DNA of 49,406 bases. Source: Bacilli bacterium (GTDB lineage: Bacteria > Bacillota_I > Bacilli_A > RFN20 > CAG-826). The notes under the pieces are model-generated. The model was not told the origin of the DNA. It searched no databases and saw only the letters and a list, made by a program, of their open reading frames with translations. This document shows, piece after piece, positions 19,101 through 28,460 of the stretch (position 1 is the first letter of the stretch; each line of letters starts with the position of its first letter). The DNA is taken from positions 1 through 49,406 of the forward strand of contig JAFSVB010000080.1 in NCBI GenBank assembly GCA_017450325.1. The letters are read 5' to 3'. The translations under genes and the position numbers were made by a program.

Positions 19101-19766
19101 CTATAGAAATGATGGTCTGCGTCGACGTTTCCTATCCTTGGCGACGCGCGCCAAAACCAGGACCTCAATCTTGGCTGGATGCAGCCTTTGAAGGAGTTTC
19201 AGGCAAGCTCGAACCGTCGCCCCGGTGGTGAAGACGTCATCGACAAGAAGCACCTTCTCTCCGCGGATTTTCGCCCCTGGAAGCAGGGATATATAATTGC
19301 CGACCTTTTTTCGGCCGAACTTGTTCTGGTCGCTCTGCTTGAAATCAGATGTCTTTTGCAAGAGGCAACGGACTTCCTTTCCTAGCCCTTCGAACATCGC
19401 CGGAAGATGGTCGAAACCACGCGCATCGATTTTCGAGGAGGAGGAAGGCGCGGGGACTACTACATAATGTCTATATCGGATTTTAAGAAACGGGAATAGA
19501 CGCTCCAAAAAGGCCTGCCTTAGCTCGTAGTCGCCACACCCCTTATACAAGTAAATCAATGATTGATAGGCCTCCTCATATCGATATACAGAAGTAAAAT
19601 GAATGCCGTTTTCTTTCCAATGTACATAAGTGGGTTTTAACGCTAAAAAACATCGCAAACAAATTGATTTCGCTGCAAAAACGGCATTAAAAATCGAATT
19701 TTTCTCAATGGGCCTATGGCACACTTTGCAGAAAAGTGTTGCAGTAGCTGATTTCTTTGATGGCAT
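19101..19766 (-). CDS. comFC: ComF family protein (ComFC-like, PRTase fold)
   Basis: N-terminal CxxC...CxxC, RGFDH, LLVDDVFTTGAT; follows comFA. Confidence 0.88.
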   Translation of the reverse strand: MPSKKSATATLFCKVCHRPIEKNSIFNAVFAAKSICLRCFLALKPTYVHWKENGIHFTSVYRYEEAYQSLIYLYKGCGDYELRQAFLERLFPFLKIRYRHYVVVPAPSSSSKIDARGFDHLPAMFEGLGKEVRCLLQKTSDFKQSDQNKFGRKKVGNYISLLPGAKIRGEKVLLVDDVFTTGATVRACLKLLQRLHPAKIEVLVLARVAKDRKRRRRPSFL

Positions 19767-20877
19767 CTTTCATCCCCTCACTTTCTTTCTCGGCGACGAA
19801 GAAAACGTCGCCCTCGGGCGCGTCCGCCTTCCGCCCTGCCCTACCTGCGATCTGAATGAGAGCGGCGGCGTCATAAATCTCATCGTTGGCCTTAAAGACG
19901 ATGACCTGCAGGTCGCGGATGGTGACGCCGCGCTCCAAGACCGCCGTCGTCACCAGATAGCGGAACTTGCCCTTCTTAAACGTCTCGATGACCTCTTTTC
20001 GGTAAACGTGTTTGCTCGAGACATAATGGCCCTGCGGAACGAACATCCTCAATACGCCATAGAGGCTTTCCGCCTCATTAACCGTCGGGACGAAAACGAG
20101 ACATTGTTTGCCGCTTCTACGATAATCAAGCAGCCTGCGGATGACGAATATCTGCATCAAAGGACCGAGTCGAAGGACCGTTTTAGGCACAGGAATGGGT
20201 TTCTTGTGGTAACGGGTCCGTAAGCAGAGCATGTCCCTGCCAGGCTTTTGGAATTCTTGAATGACCTCCTTCGATGGCGTCGCGCTCATCATGACGTAAT
20301 GCCCGCGCATCGCCGCATGGAAAAAGGCGATTAACGTCGGGTCTCCCTTAAACGGAAACGCGTCGATCTCGTCCATCACCAACAAGTCAAAGTAATGGTC
20401 GTAACGATAAAGCTGATGGGTGGTCAAAATAATACAGTCGCCCTCTAGTTTTGAGTTATGTTGCCCGTAAACGGCAATGACGCTGTTGCCGGGAAACGCA
20501 TCGCGAAGGCGAAGATATAGCTCGATGACGACGTCGCGGCGCGGCAAGGCAAAGCCAACGTTCATGCCCATCGACATCGCATAGGCGATCACGCCATAGG
20601 ATATCTCGGTCTTTCCCGAACCGCAGACCGCATAGACAAGCGTGTCGATGCCAGCCTTAAAATTCGCGATGATCTTGTTGGATAGCTCCTGTTGTTCCTT
20701 CGAAAGGGAATAGGAAAGATCGAGTTTGATGGTCTTATGGCTCTTCGGCAAGTCCTTGGCCATATCGCCATGAAAGCCGATGCAGCGCCGACAATACGTC
20801 TTGCCGTTTTTCACGCCGAGGTAAATCGGATCAAAGTTCCCGCAACGGGGACAAACAAAAGAAGTTCCCACATTCAC
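19714..20877 (-). CDS. comFA: ComFA-like DEAD/DEAH helicase
   Basis: CPRC...YCRRC zinc finger, AVCGSGKTE, DEIDAFP, SAT, LERGVT, QIAGRAGR. Confidence 0.9.
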   Translation of the reverse strand: MNVGTSFVCPRCGNFDPIYLGVKNGKTYCRRCIGFHGDMAKDLPKSHKTIKLDLSYSLSKEQQELSNKIIANFKAGIDTLVYAVCGSGKTEISYGVIAYAMSMGMNVGFALPRRDVVIELYLRLRDAFPGNSVIAVYGQHNSKLEGDCIILTTHQLYRYDHYFDLLVMDEIDAFPFKGDPTLIAFFHAAMRGHYVMMSATPSKEVIQEFQKPGRDMLCLRTRYHKKPIPVPKTVLRLGPLMQIFVIRRLLDYRRSGKQCLVFVPTVNEAESLYGVLRMFVPQGHYVSSKHVYRKEVIETFKKGKFRYLVTTAVLERGVTIRDLQVIVFKANDEIYDAAALIQIAGRAGRKADAPEGDVFFVAEKESEGMKDAIKEISYCNTFLQSVP

Positions 20878-20920
20878 TTATAGGGGCGAATACGGGAACT
20901 TGAGAATACTTTTTGCTAAA

Positions 20921-21964
20921 TCAGAGCATGTCGACGCGATGATGATGCTTCTGGTTGGTCGAAAAGGGGACGCTTAAGAAGATGTCGACGCGGCGAAGAA
21001 CGTCTTCGAGCTTCATGTATTTCTGTCCGAAGGAGATGACGTTGGCGTTGTTGTGATCGCGACACTTGGCGACGACAACATCGTCATAGCCGATGCCGCA
21101 CCGCACGCCACTCACCTTATTCGCGGCCATGGAGATCCCTTCGCCCGAAGTGCAGATGACGACACCGAGATCCGCTTCTTTCGCGACGACTTTCTCCCCG
21201 ACCGCTTTGCCATAAATGGGGTAATCGACCGAGGCCTTGGAATAGCACCCAAGATCGAGAACGCCGAACCCCATATCGAGGAGATGGAGTCGGATTGCTT
21301 CCTTGTAATCATAGCCGCCATGGTCGCATCCGATGGCGATCGTTTTCTTCGAATTTCGATACACGCCCTCCACTTTTTCAAAAGGAAGGGAGCCCTGGCG
21401 GATTAATTTCGGCGCGCCTTTTCCCGTGAGGTCGACGATGGTCGAAGGAACGTTGGAGGACGTCTCTCCGCGCACGATGACCGAAGCGCGGGAGGAGAAG
21501 ATTTCGCAGGCTTGCTCAAAATCTTTTGCGGGAGCTTGCCCAGACATGTTCGCTGAAGAGACGAGCAGCGGCTCACCGACCTTCTCGATGAGAGTGAGGG
21601 CTTCTGGGCTATTAGGAACGCGCACGCCGATGACGCCCGTACCAAGGTCAATCGTATGAGGAACGCCTTTTCTAGCGCGAAGTAACAACGTGAGTTCGCC
21701 AGGCATCAGTTCATTTAAAACGGCGGCTATGCCGACGTCGATCTCGCAGTATTGCGCAACCGTTCCCATATCCGCGCACATTAGGGTAAACGGCTTTTCC
21801 GCAGGTCTGCCTTTTGCTTCGCGAAGCGCATTGTATGCCTCCTCGCTTGAAGCGATGCAGGCGATTCCGTAAACCGTTTCCGTAGGAAAGAGAACGACTT
21901 CACCGCGTTTTAATGCGTCGATGGCGGTCTGCGTATCTGACCAGTCTATTATCTTTGCTTCCAT
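20921..21964 (-). CDS. Fusion of threonylcarbamoyl-AMP synthase (TsaC/YrdC domain) and ribose-5-phosphate isomerase B
   Basis: N-terminal FPTETVYGI, KGRP, SSANMSG, PSTIVD; C-terminal IGCDHGG, DYP, CTSGEG, ANKVSGVR, HNNAN; RBS GGAGG before MEAKII. Confidence 0.9.
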   Translation of the reverse strand: MEAKIIDWSDTQTAIDALKRGEVVLFPTETVYGIACIASSEEAYNALREAKGRPAEKPFTLMCADMGTVAQYCEIDVGIAAVLNELMPGELTLLLRARKGVPHTIDLGTGVIGVRVPNSPEALTLIEKVGEPLLVSSANMSGQAPAKDFEQACEIFSSRASVIVRGETSSNVPSTIVDLTGKGAPKLIRQGSLPFEKVEGVYRNSKKTIAIGCDHGGYDYKEAIRLHLLDMGFGVLDLGCYSKASVDYPIYGKAVGEKVVAKEADLGVVICTSGEGISMAANKVSGVRCGIGYDDVVVAKCRDHNNANVISFGQKYMKLEDVLRRVDIFLSVPFSTNQKHHHRVDML

Positions 21965-21978
21965 GGAGATCCTCCCCC

Positions 21979-22824
21979 TCATTTGCAGAATACGAACAAG
22001 AATCTGGTAAGGCCATTCAGGTCTTTCATGAATTCGTATTCGTAGTCCTCGAGGTATTTATTCATCAAGTCCGTTAGATAACCCTCGAGGTCATACCCGA
22101 TCTCAAAGGCCATGAATAACGTGCCTTTCTTAACTTTCTTATAATCGCGGAAAATATCCTCATAGACGGAATTCTCTATCGTGAGGTAAAGCGCTTCTTC
22201 GGGCTCATAACGTTTCACTGAATCCTGAACTTCGTCCTTGTTGAGGATATAAGGCGGGTTCGAGATGATGATATCGAGGTTCATCTTCGCCTCGATGTAC
22301 GGGGTGAGGCTCTTGCCCTGAAGGAGGTTTGCGCGGACGTTATGCTCCTGCACGTTTTTCTTCGCGACTTCTAAGGCTGCGGAAGACATATCCGACCCTA
22401 CAAGAAGCCAATTGGGGAACATGGACCGCAATGCGCATAAGATCGCGCCGGACCCCGTGCCGATATCCGCGCAGACGAGGTAATTGCGCGGGTCATAGTA
22501 ATCCAAGATCTTTTCCGAGAGGTTCGCGACGAGTTCCTCCGTCTCCATCCGCGGGATCAAAACGCGGGGATCTACATAGATTTTCGTGTGCAAAAACGTG
22601 GCTTCGTTAATCACGTATTCTACGGGCATTCCTTGCAATAACTTTGCAAAATCCGCCTCAAATTGTTCGATTTTCGTAAATTCGTCGTCTTTATGATAAA
22701 GGGTATCGATGGGCTCTAAGTACCCCATTTCATGAGCGATCAGGACACGGATATCCTGCGAGGTGACGCCAGACTCCTTGCCCGAGTTCATCGCGTTTAG
22801 ATAGACGTCGTAGATCTTAGGCAT
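21979..22824 (-). CDS. prmC: Release factor glutamine methyltransferase
   Basis: VLIPRMETEELV, DIGTGSG, SNPPY; downstream of prfA. Confidence 0.95.
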   Translation of the reverse strand: MPKIYDVYLNAMNSGKESGVTSQDIRVLIAHEMGYLEPIDTLYHKDDEFTKIEQFEADFAKLLQGMPVEYVINEATFLHTKIYVDPRVLIPRMETEELVANLSEKILDYYDPRNYLVCADIGTGSGAILCALRSMFPNWLLVGSDMSSAALEVAKKNVQEHNVRANLLQGKSLTPYIEAKMNLDIIISNPPYILNKDEVQDSVKRYEPEEALYLTIENSVYEDIFRDYKKVKKGTLFMAFEIGYDLEGYLTDLMNKYLEDYEYEFMKDLNGLTRFLFVFCK

Positions 22825-23908
22825 TGGCGCCGCCTTCTTCCTCGAGTAGCTTTTGTTCTTGGTCGAAGTGGATGAGCGCTTCGATCACACCGTCGAGCTC
22901 GCCTTCCATGATGCGGTCGAGCTGGTTGACGGAATAGCCGACGCGGTGATCGGTCACGCGGTTCTGAGGATAGTTATACGTGCGGATTTTCTCCGAGCGT
23001 TCGCCCGTGCCAACTTTTAGTTTCCGCTCCGTCGCGCGCTTCGCATCTTCTTGTTCTTGGAAGAAGGCGAAGACCTTCGCGCGGATCATCTGCATGGCGA
23101 TTTCCTTGTTTTGAAGTTGTGCCTTCTCGGTTTGGCAAGCCGCGACGATGCCCGTGGGCAAGTGGGTGATGCGGACGGCCGATTCGGTCTTGTTGACGTT
23201 TTGTCCGCCTGCGCCTTGGGAATGATACGTATCGATTTTTAAGTCCGAAGGATTGATTTGGACGTCGACTTCCTTCGCTTCAGGCATCACAAGAACCGTC
23301 GCGGTCGAGGTGTGGATGCGCCCGCTGGCCTCGGTCTTTGGGACGCGCTGCACGCGGTGGGCGCCGGATTCGAACTTCAGCTTCGAATAAACGGAATCGC
23401 CCTTGATAAGGAACGAAACGCTCGCGTAGCCGCCAGAAGCGCCTAAGGAAGCGTCGAGGAATTGGATTTTCCAGCCTTGCTTTTCCGCGTATTTGGAATA
23501 CATGCGAACAAGGTCGCCAGCGAAGATATTGGCTTCATCGCCGCCGACTGCGCCGCGGATTTCGACGATGATGTTCTTGTCATCGTTGGGATCCTTTGGA
23601 AGCAGGATGATCTTGAACTGCTCTTCGAGACTTTCAATCTTCTCTTGGGCCTCGCGCCTGGTTTCCTTCGCGAATTCCGCGAGCTCGGGATCACCAGAGT
23701 TTTCCATCTCAAAAGAATCGGCGATGTCCTGTTCGGCCTTTAAATATATAAGATAGGCTTCATAAGCCTCACGAAGGTTCGACTGTTCCTTCGTCATTTT
23801 CGTGAATGTCGCAAGGTCGTTCGTCGCGTCTTCTTTGCTTAGCTCCGCCTCCAATTGCAGATAACGTGTTTTCGTGGCTTCGAGCCGTTTTCTCATTGAA
23901 TCTTCCAT
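22817..23908 (-). CDS. prfA: Peptide chain release factor 1
   Basis: HRVQRVPKTE (PxT), [22 protein letters not shown]; start MEDSMRK (23908). Confidence 0.96.
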   Translation of the reverse strand: MEDSMRKRLEATKTRYLQLEAELSKEDATNDLATFTKMTKEQSNLREAYEAYLIYLKAEQDIADSFEMENSGDPELAEFAKETRREAQEKIESLEEQFKIILLPKDPNDDKNIIVEIRGAVGGDEANIFAGDLVRMYSKYAEKQGWKIQFLDASLGASGGYASVSFLIKGDSVYSKLKFESGAHRVQRVPKTEASGRIHTSTATVLVMPEAKEVDVQINPSDLKIDTYHSQGAGGQNVNKTESAVRITHLPTGIVAACQTEKAQLQNKEIAMQMIRAKVFAFFQEQEDAKRATERKLKVGTGERSEKIRTYNYPQNRVTDHRVGYSVNQLDRIMEGELDGVIEALIHFDQEQKLLEEEGGANA

Positions 23909-24018
23909 ATTCAGACCTACCGGAGCGATTATAACATTGTGCGCACGAGTAGAAAACGGCAACTAATCTATGATTAGACCCTAGGAAGAAGGGCGCGGGA
24001 CGGCTATAATTCAAGTTA

Positions 24019-25950
24019 ATGGCATACAAAGCGCTCTATAACAAATACCGCCCTACCACTTTCGAAGAAGTGGCGGGCCAGCGTTCCATCGTCCGCACGA
24101 TGCGGAACGCGATCGAAAACAACAAGATTGCTCACGCATATCTTTTCTGCGGGCCCCGCGGAACGGGCAAAACCTCCATGGCGAGGCTCTTTGCCAAGGC
24201 GTTGAACTGCGAGGAAGGCGTCGGGCATCAGTGCAACCGCTGCTCCAACTGTCTGGCGATGAACGCGGGTTCCCACCCAGACGTCATCGAAATCGACGCC
24301 GCGAGCAACAATGGCGTTGAGCAGGTTCGCGACCTCATCGACAAGGTCCGTTACGCCCCCATCAAAGGAAAGTACAAGATCTACATCATCGACGAAGTCC
24401 ATATGATGTCCGCCGGCGCTTTCAACGCGTTGCTAAAGACGCTTGAAGAACCGCCCGAACACGTGATTTTCATCCTCGCGACCACCGAACCGTTCAAAGT
24501 CCTTCCGACCATCGTTTCCCGTTGCCAGCGTTATGACTTCGGCAAAATTGAGCCTAAGGACATCAAGGATAAGCTCACGTGGATCCTTAGCCGCGAAGGC
24601 GTTCCCTATGAGGACGCCGCCCTCGACGCCGTCGTCGATTTGGCGGATGGGGGTATGCGCGACGCGCTTTCCATCCTCGACCAAGCCCTCGCATATGGCG
24701 GCAACCAGCTTCGTGAAAAAGACGTCCTCGACGTATTCGGCCTTACCTCCAGCGCGCAGAAATGCCGCTTGCTGAACCTGATCGCTGAAGGCTCTGTCAG
24801 CCCCGTTCTCTCCCTCGCGGAAGAATTCCTGACCTCGGGAATCGATATCAAGCGCCTCATCCAGTCCCTTCTCGATATCCTCAAAGACTGCCTGGTCTAC
24901 CTAAAGACCGGGAAAGCCGAGTTGCTCCAAGCCGCTTCGGCCAAGGAGATCGAAAGCCTCATCGGCGGCATCGATGACGTACGAGCAAACGAGATGATCG
25001 ATATCCTCATCAAATGCCAAGCCGATTCCAAAACCGTGGGGAATTTGCGCTCCTTATTCGAATTGACATTGCTGCGCATGACTTCCTTATTTGGTGGAGA
25101 TTCCCCTGCAAAACCCACGCCAATTCAGCGCGTCGCCCCTGCGCCAGCACCTGCTCCAACCGTAAGGCCAGCGCCCGTGCCCGTGCCAAGGTCTGAGCCA
25201 AAGCCCGAGCCCAAACCCGAGCCGAAGCCCGAGCCTGTCGCACCTGCGCCTGTGGAATTCGCACCCGCGAACAATCAAAAGCCTGTCGATGAACCCTTGT
25301 TCGAGCCTAAAGAAGAGGCGCCCCAAGGAATCTATACCGGAACGACACCGCCCGACTGGCTGCTTGACGAGGAGGCACCTAAGCCTGCGCCGAAGCCGAT
25401 TATGCCAGAGCCAAAGCCCGAGCCCAAACCCGAGCCCAAGAAGCCCGCCGCTCCGATATTCGCCCCCGAAGAGCCGAAAGAGAAGAAACAAGAAGCCCCT
25501 GCTTCCCCCTCTCTCGGCGTCATGGTGACCGAAGGGACTCCGCTCGTGCTCGATGACCAAACCATTCTCGACATCATGGTCCTCGGCCCGAAGTACAAGC
25601 CGCAACGCCAAGCCCTCTTTGAGAGGTGGAGCGAGATCGGCGAACTGCGCTACGACCCAAAAGTCGGCGCCCTTGCCGCGCTGCTTGAGAAGGGGAGGCC
25701 GTTCTGCCTCTGCTCAGAAGCGTTGTTGATTAACTTCAACTTCCCGCGCCAGCGCGAATACGCGAACCTCGCGGAGAACCAGAAAGCCATCTCCGACCTC
25801 GTCGCGACGATCCTTGGCCGCAACGTCTTCGTCTATGGCCTCGACCGCAACGACTCCAACCGTTGCCAAAAGAATTACTACGCCCTCAAGCAAATCGATA
25901 AGTTGCCAAAGCCCGAGGACGTCGTCCTGAACTTACCAAAGAGGAGGTAA
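24019..25950 (+). CDS. dnaX: DNA polymerase III subunit gamma/tau with Pro-rich linker
   Basis: KYRP, GPRGTGKT, DEVHM, SRCQ, GGMRDA. Confidence 0.96.
   Translation: MAYKALYNKYRPTTFEEVAGQRSIVRTMRNAIENNKIAHAYLFCGPRGTGKTSMARLFAKALNCEEGVGHQCNRCSNCLAMNAGSHPDVIEIDAASNNGVEQVRDLIDKVRYAPIKGKYKIYIIDEVHMMSAGAFNALLKTLEEPPEHVIFILATTEPFKVLPTIVSRCQRYDFGKIEPKDIKDKLTWILSREGVPYEDAALDAVVDLADGGMRDALSILDQALAYGGNQLREKDVLDVFGLTSSAQKCRLLNLIAEGSVSPVLSLAEEFLTSGIDIKRLIQSLLDILKDCLVYLKTGKAELLQAASAKEIESLIGGIDDVRANEMIDILIKCQADSKTVGNLRSLFELTLLRMTSLFGGDSPAKPTPIQRVAPAPAPAPTVRPAPVPVPRSEPKPEPKPEPKPEPVAPAPVEFAPANNQKPVDEPLFEPKEEAPQGIYTGTTPPDWLLDEEAPKPAPKPIMPEPKPEPKPEPKKPAAPIFAPEEPKEKKQEAPASPSLGVMVTEGTPLVLDDQTILDIMVLGPKYKPQRQALFERWSEIGELRYDPKVGALAALLEKGRPFCLCSEALLINFNFPRQREYANLAENQKAISDLVATILGRNVFVYGLDRNDSNRCQKNYYALKQIDKLPKPEDVVLNLPKRR
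25195..25440 (+). repeat. 12-nt (EPKP)n coding repeats in the dnaX linker, two blocks
   Basis: GAGCCAAAGCCCGAGCCCAAACCCGAGCC occurs at ~25195 and again at ~25408. Confidence 0.8.
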
Positions 25951-25956
25951 TAACCC

Positions 25957-26256
25957 ATGAACCAAATGCAACAAATGCTCGCCAACGCCCAAAGGATGCA
26001 GCGCGAGCTCGCCAAGGCCCACGCCGCCTTAGCCGAGAAGGAATTCAAAGTCTCCAAAAACGGCATGGTGGAGCTCACCATGCTCGGCAACCGCACCGTG
26101 AAGGAACTTGTCATCGACAAAGATGCCTTGGATCCTGAAAACGGCGAAATGCTTTCCGAGACCATCGCCCTCGCCTTGAACGAAGCTTTGGAAGCCATTC
26201 AGAAAGAAAGCGACGCGGTTGAGGAGAAGATCACCGGTAGGACCGGGCTGTTCTAA
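25957..26256 (+). CDS. YbaB/EbfC nucleoid-associated protein
   Basis: MQQMLANAQRMQ...; conserved dnaX-ybaB-recR order. Confidence 0.92.
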   Translation: MNQMQQMLANAQRMQRELAKAHAALAEKEFKVSKNGMVELTMLGNRTVKELVIDKDALDPENGEMLSETIALALNEALEAIQKESDAVEEKITGRTGLF

Positions 26257-26852
26257 TGAAGGAACTTCCAACCTACACGGCGCTCGTTGATTCTTTTCGC
26301 AAGCTCCCCGGCATCGGCACCCGTTCCGCAGAACGCATGGCCAACGCCGTGCTCGAGCTACGGAAAGAAGATGCTTTGGAATTCGCTCACGCCATCGAAA
26401 GCGCGAAGACGAAGGTCCATAAATGCCCGCGCTGCGGACTCTACACGGAAGAAGAAATATGCGAGGTTTGCGAGGATAATTCCAGAAACCATGACATTTG
26501 CCTCGTCGTCGTAAGCCCTAAAGACGCCGTCGCATTTGAAGCCGTCAGCAATTTCCGCGGCATATACCATGTGCTTGGCGGTTTGCTCTCGCCCGCAAAA
26601 GGCATCGGTCCCGAATCGTTGAATATCGAGACCCTGAAATCGAGAATCAAAGAAGAATCCATCAAAGAAGTCATCGTCGCGACCTCCCCGACGCTTGAGG
26701 GGGAGACGACCGCGCTGTTCCTCGCGAAAATCCTCGAACCCCTGCAAGTGTCGGTCTCGAGGCTAGGATATGGCCTGCCGGCGGGCTCGTCTTTGGAATA
26801 CGCCGACCCATTAACGCTCTCGCGAGCGCTGGAAGGGAGAAAGAAACTATGA
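26256..26852 (+). CDS. recR: Recombination mediator RecR
   Basis: LPGIGTRSAER, C4 zinc finger, YHVLGG, EGETTA. Confidence 0.96.
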   Translation: MKELPTYTALVDSFRKLPGIGTRSAERMANAVLELRKEDALEFAHAIESAKTKVHKCPRCGLYTEEEICEVCEDNSRNHDICLVVVSPKDAVAFEAVSNFRGIYHVLGGLLSPAKGIGPESLNIETLKSRIKEESIKEVIVATSPTLEGETTALFLAKILEPLQVSVSRLGYGLPAGSSLEYADPLTLSRALEGRKKL

Positions 26853-27472
26853 GTTTGTTCGTTACCTTTGAAGGTGGCGAGGGTTCTGGCAAGTCCTCGG
26901 CACTAAAGCTTTTGGATGAGCGCCTGCGCACCGAGGGCTTTCAAACCGTCCTGACCCGCGAGCCGGGCGGCACCCCCATCGCCGAGCAGATCCGCAACGT
27001 CATCCTCGACAAGGGCAATACCAAGATGGATGCCCGCACGGAGGCGCTTCTTTACGCCGCCTCGCGCCGTCAGCACCTTGTGGAGAAAGTCTGGCCCGCC
27101 ATTAAGGAAGGGAAAATCGTCCTCTGCGACCGTTATTTGGACTCCTCTCTTGCCTACCAGGGCGGCGCGCGTGGCCTTGGGATCGATAACGTCCTTAACG
27201 TGAATCTTTTCGCGACCGAAGGCACGTTCCCCGACATTACGTTGCTTTTCGACATCGAACCGGAACTTGGCCTGGAACGCATCGCAAAGAATGCGTCGCG
27301 CGAAGTCAACCGCCTCGACCTTGAGAAAATCGACTTTCACCGCGGCGTCCGCAAGACGTTCTTGGAACTCGCGAAGCGTTACCCCGACCGCTACGTCATC
27401 ATCGACGCGTCGCAAACCCTCGATAAAGTCGTCGAGGACGCCTATCGTGCCATCAAAGCGAGGATGAAATAA
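26849..27472 (+). CDS. tmk: Thymidylate kinase
   Basis: FEGGEGSGKS, REPGG, DRYLDSSLAYQG. Confidence 0.96.
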   Translation: MSLFVTFEGGEGSGKSSALKLLDERLRTEGFQTVLTREPGGTPIAEQIRNVILDKGNTKMDARTEALLYAASRRQHLVEKVWPAIKEGKIVLCDRYLDSSLAYQGGARGLGIDNVLNVNLFATEGTFPDITLLFDIEPELGLERIAKNASREVNRLDLEKIDFHRGVRKTFLELAKRYPDRYVIIDASQTLDKVVEDAYRAIKARMK

Positions 27473-27476
27473 CCCC

Positions 27477-28454
27477 ATGGGTCTGGCCAATTACTTAAAA
27501 GAAAGACAACCGCTCGTCACGAAGTCTTTTTGCTATGGCCTGACCCACGATCAGCTCGCCCACGCCTATCTCCTCACGGGCGAAAGCGGAACCCCTTTAA
27601 AGGAAACCGCCCTGCTCCTTGCCAAATCCATCCTCTGCGACCATCCAAACCCCCTCGCAGACGAGGAATGCGTCACCTGTCAACGCATCGATCGCGACGA
27701 ATACCCGGACTTCATCTTTCTTAACGGCGAAGAAGATTCCATTAAGAAGGAGGAGATTAAGGACACCCTAACCCTCTTCCAAAAGACGCCACTCGAACGA
27801 AAAGGAATCATGATTTACGTCATTCACCTCGTCGAGAATATGACGCCCGAAGCCGTGAACTCTTTGCTGAAGTTCCTTGAGGAGCCTAGCCCCTCCACCT
27901 ACGCCATTCTCACGACACAAAACGAAGACAAGGTATTGCCCACGATTATCTCCCGCTGCGAAAAGCTCCGCCTCATTTTGACGCCGCGAAAGGAAGTCTA
28001 TAACGAGGCCCTTTCCCTTGGCGTATCCCAAGAAGACGCGGAAATCCTTTCCTTCTTCTATAACGACGGCTCTTTGCTACAAGCCGCAAGCCAAGGGGAA
28101 GATTATCAGAAGATTAAAATCGCGGCCGTCGATGCGGTCGACGCCCTTGCAAGAAGCCAGCATTTCGCGCGCTTCATTTTTGAAAAAGACGTCACTCCGT
28201 TGCTAAATTCTAAGCAAAACGCACGTTTTTTCTTCGATTTATTAACTTTATTCTTTCAGGACATCGTCGCCTACAAGGGCGGAAACCCCATTTCGTTGAC
28301 GAGCTATGATAAGATAATACAGGAGGCATCCAAGAAACTGCCTCATGTTGAAAACTCCCTTCTCTCCATCATGACGCTCCGAGGGGAGATCGAACTGAAT
28401 ATTCGAATCGGGCTTATTTTGGCCCATCTAGTGAACGTCCTTACCAAGGAGTAG
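27477..28454 (+). CDS. holB: DNA polymerase III subunit delta'
   Basis: HAYL, NSLLKFLEEP, PTIISRC; follows tmk. Confidence 0.92.
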   Translation: MGLANYLKERQPLVTKSFCYGLTHDQLAHAYLLTGESGTPLKETALLLAKSILCDHPNPLADEECVTCQRIDRDEYPDFIFLNGEEDSIKKEEIKDTLTLFQKTPLERKGIMIYVIHLVENMTPEAVNSLLKFLEEPSPSTYAILTTQNEDKVLPTIISRCEKLRLILTPRKEVYNEALSLGVSQEDAEILSFFYNDGSLLQAASQGEDYQKIKIAAVDAVDALARSQHFARFIFEKDVTPLLNSKQNARFFFDLLTLFFQDIVAYKGGNPISLTSYDKIIQEASKKLPHVENSLLSIMTLRGEIELNIRIGLILAHLVNVLTKE

Positions 28455-28460
28455 CCCCAT

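Noticed and set aside
19630-20223. 197-aa plus-strand ORF
   Set aside because: Antisense to comFA/comFC with no independent evidence.
25195-25440. Short direct repeats considered as CRISPR-like
   Set aside because: In-frame 12-nt coding repeats without unique spacers; no cas genes in the window.
24019-25950. E. coli-type -1 frameshift in dnaX
   Set aside because: I found no A AAA AAG slippery site with a downstream hairpin at the expected position.
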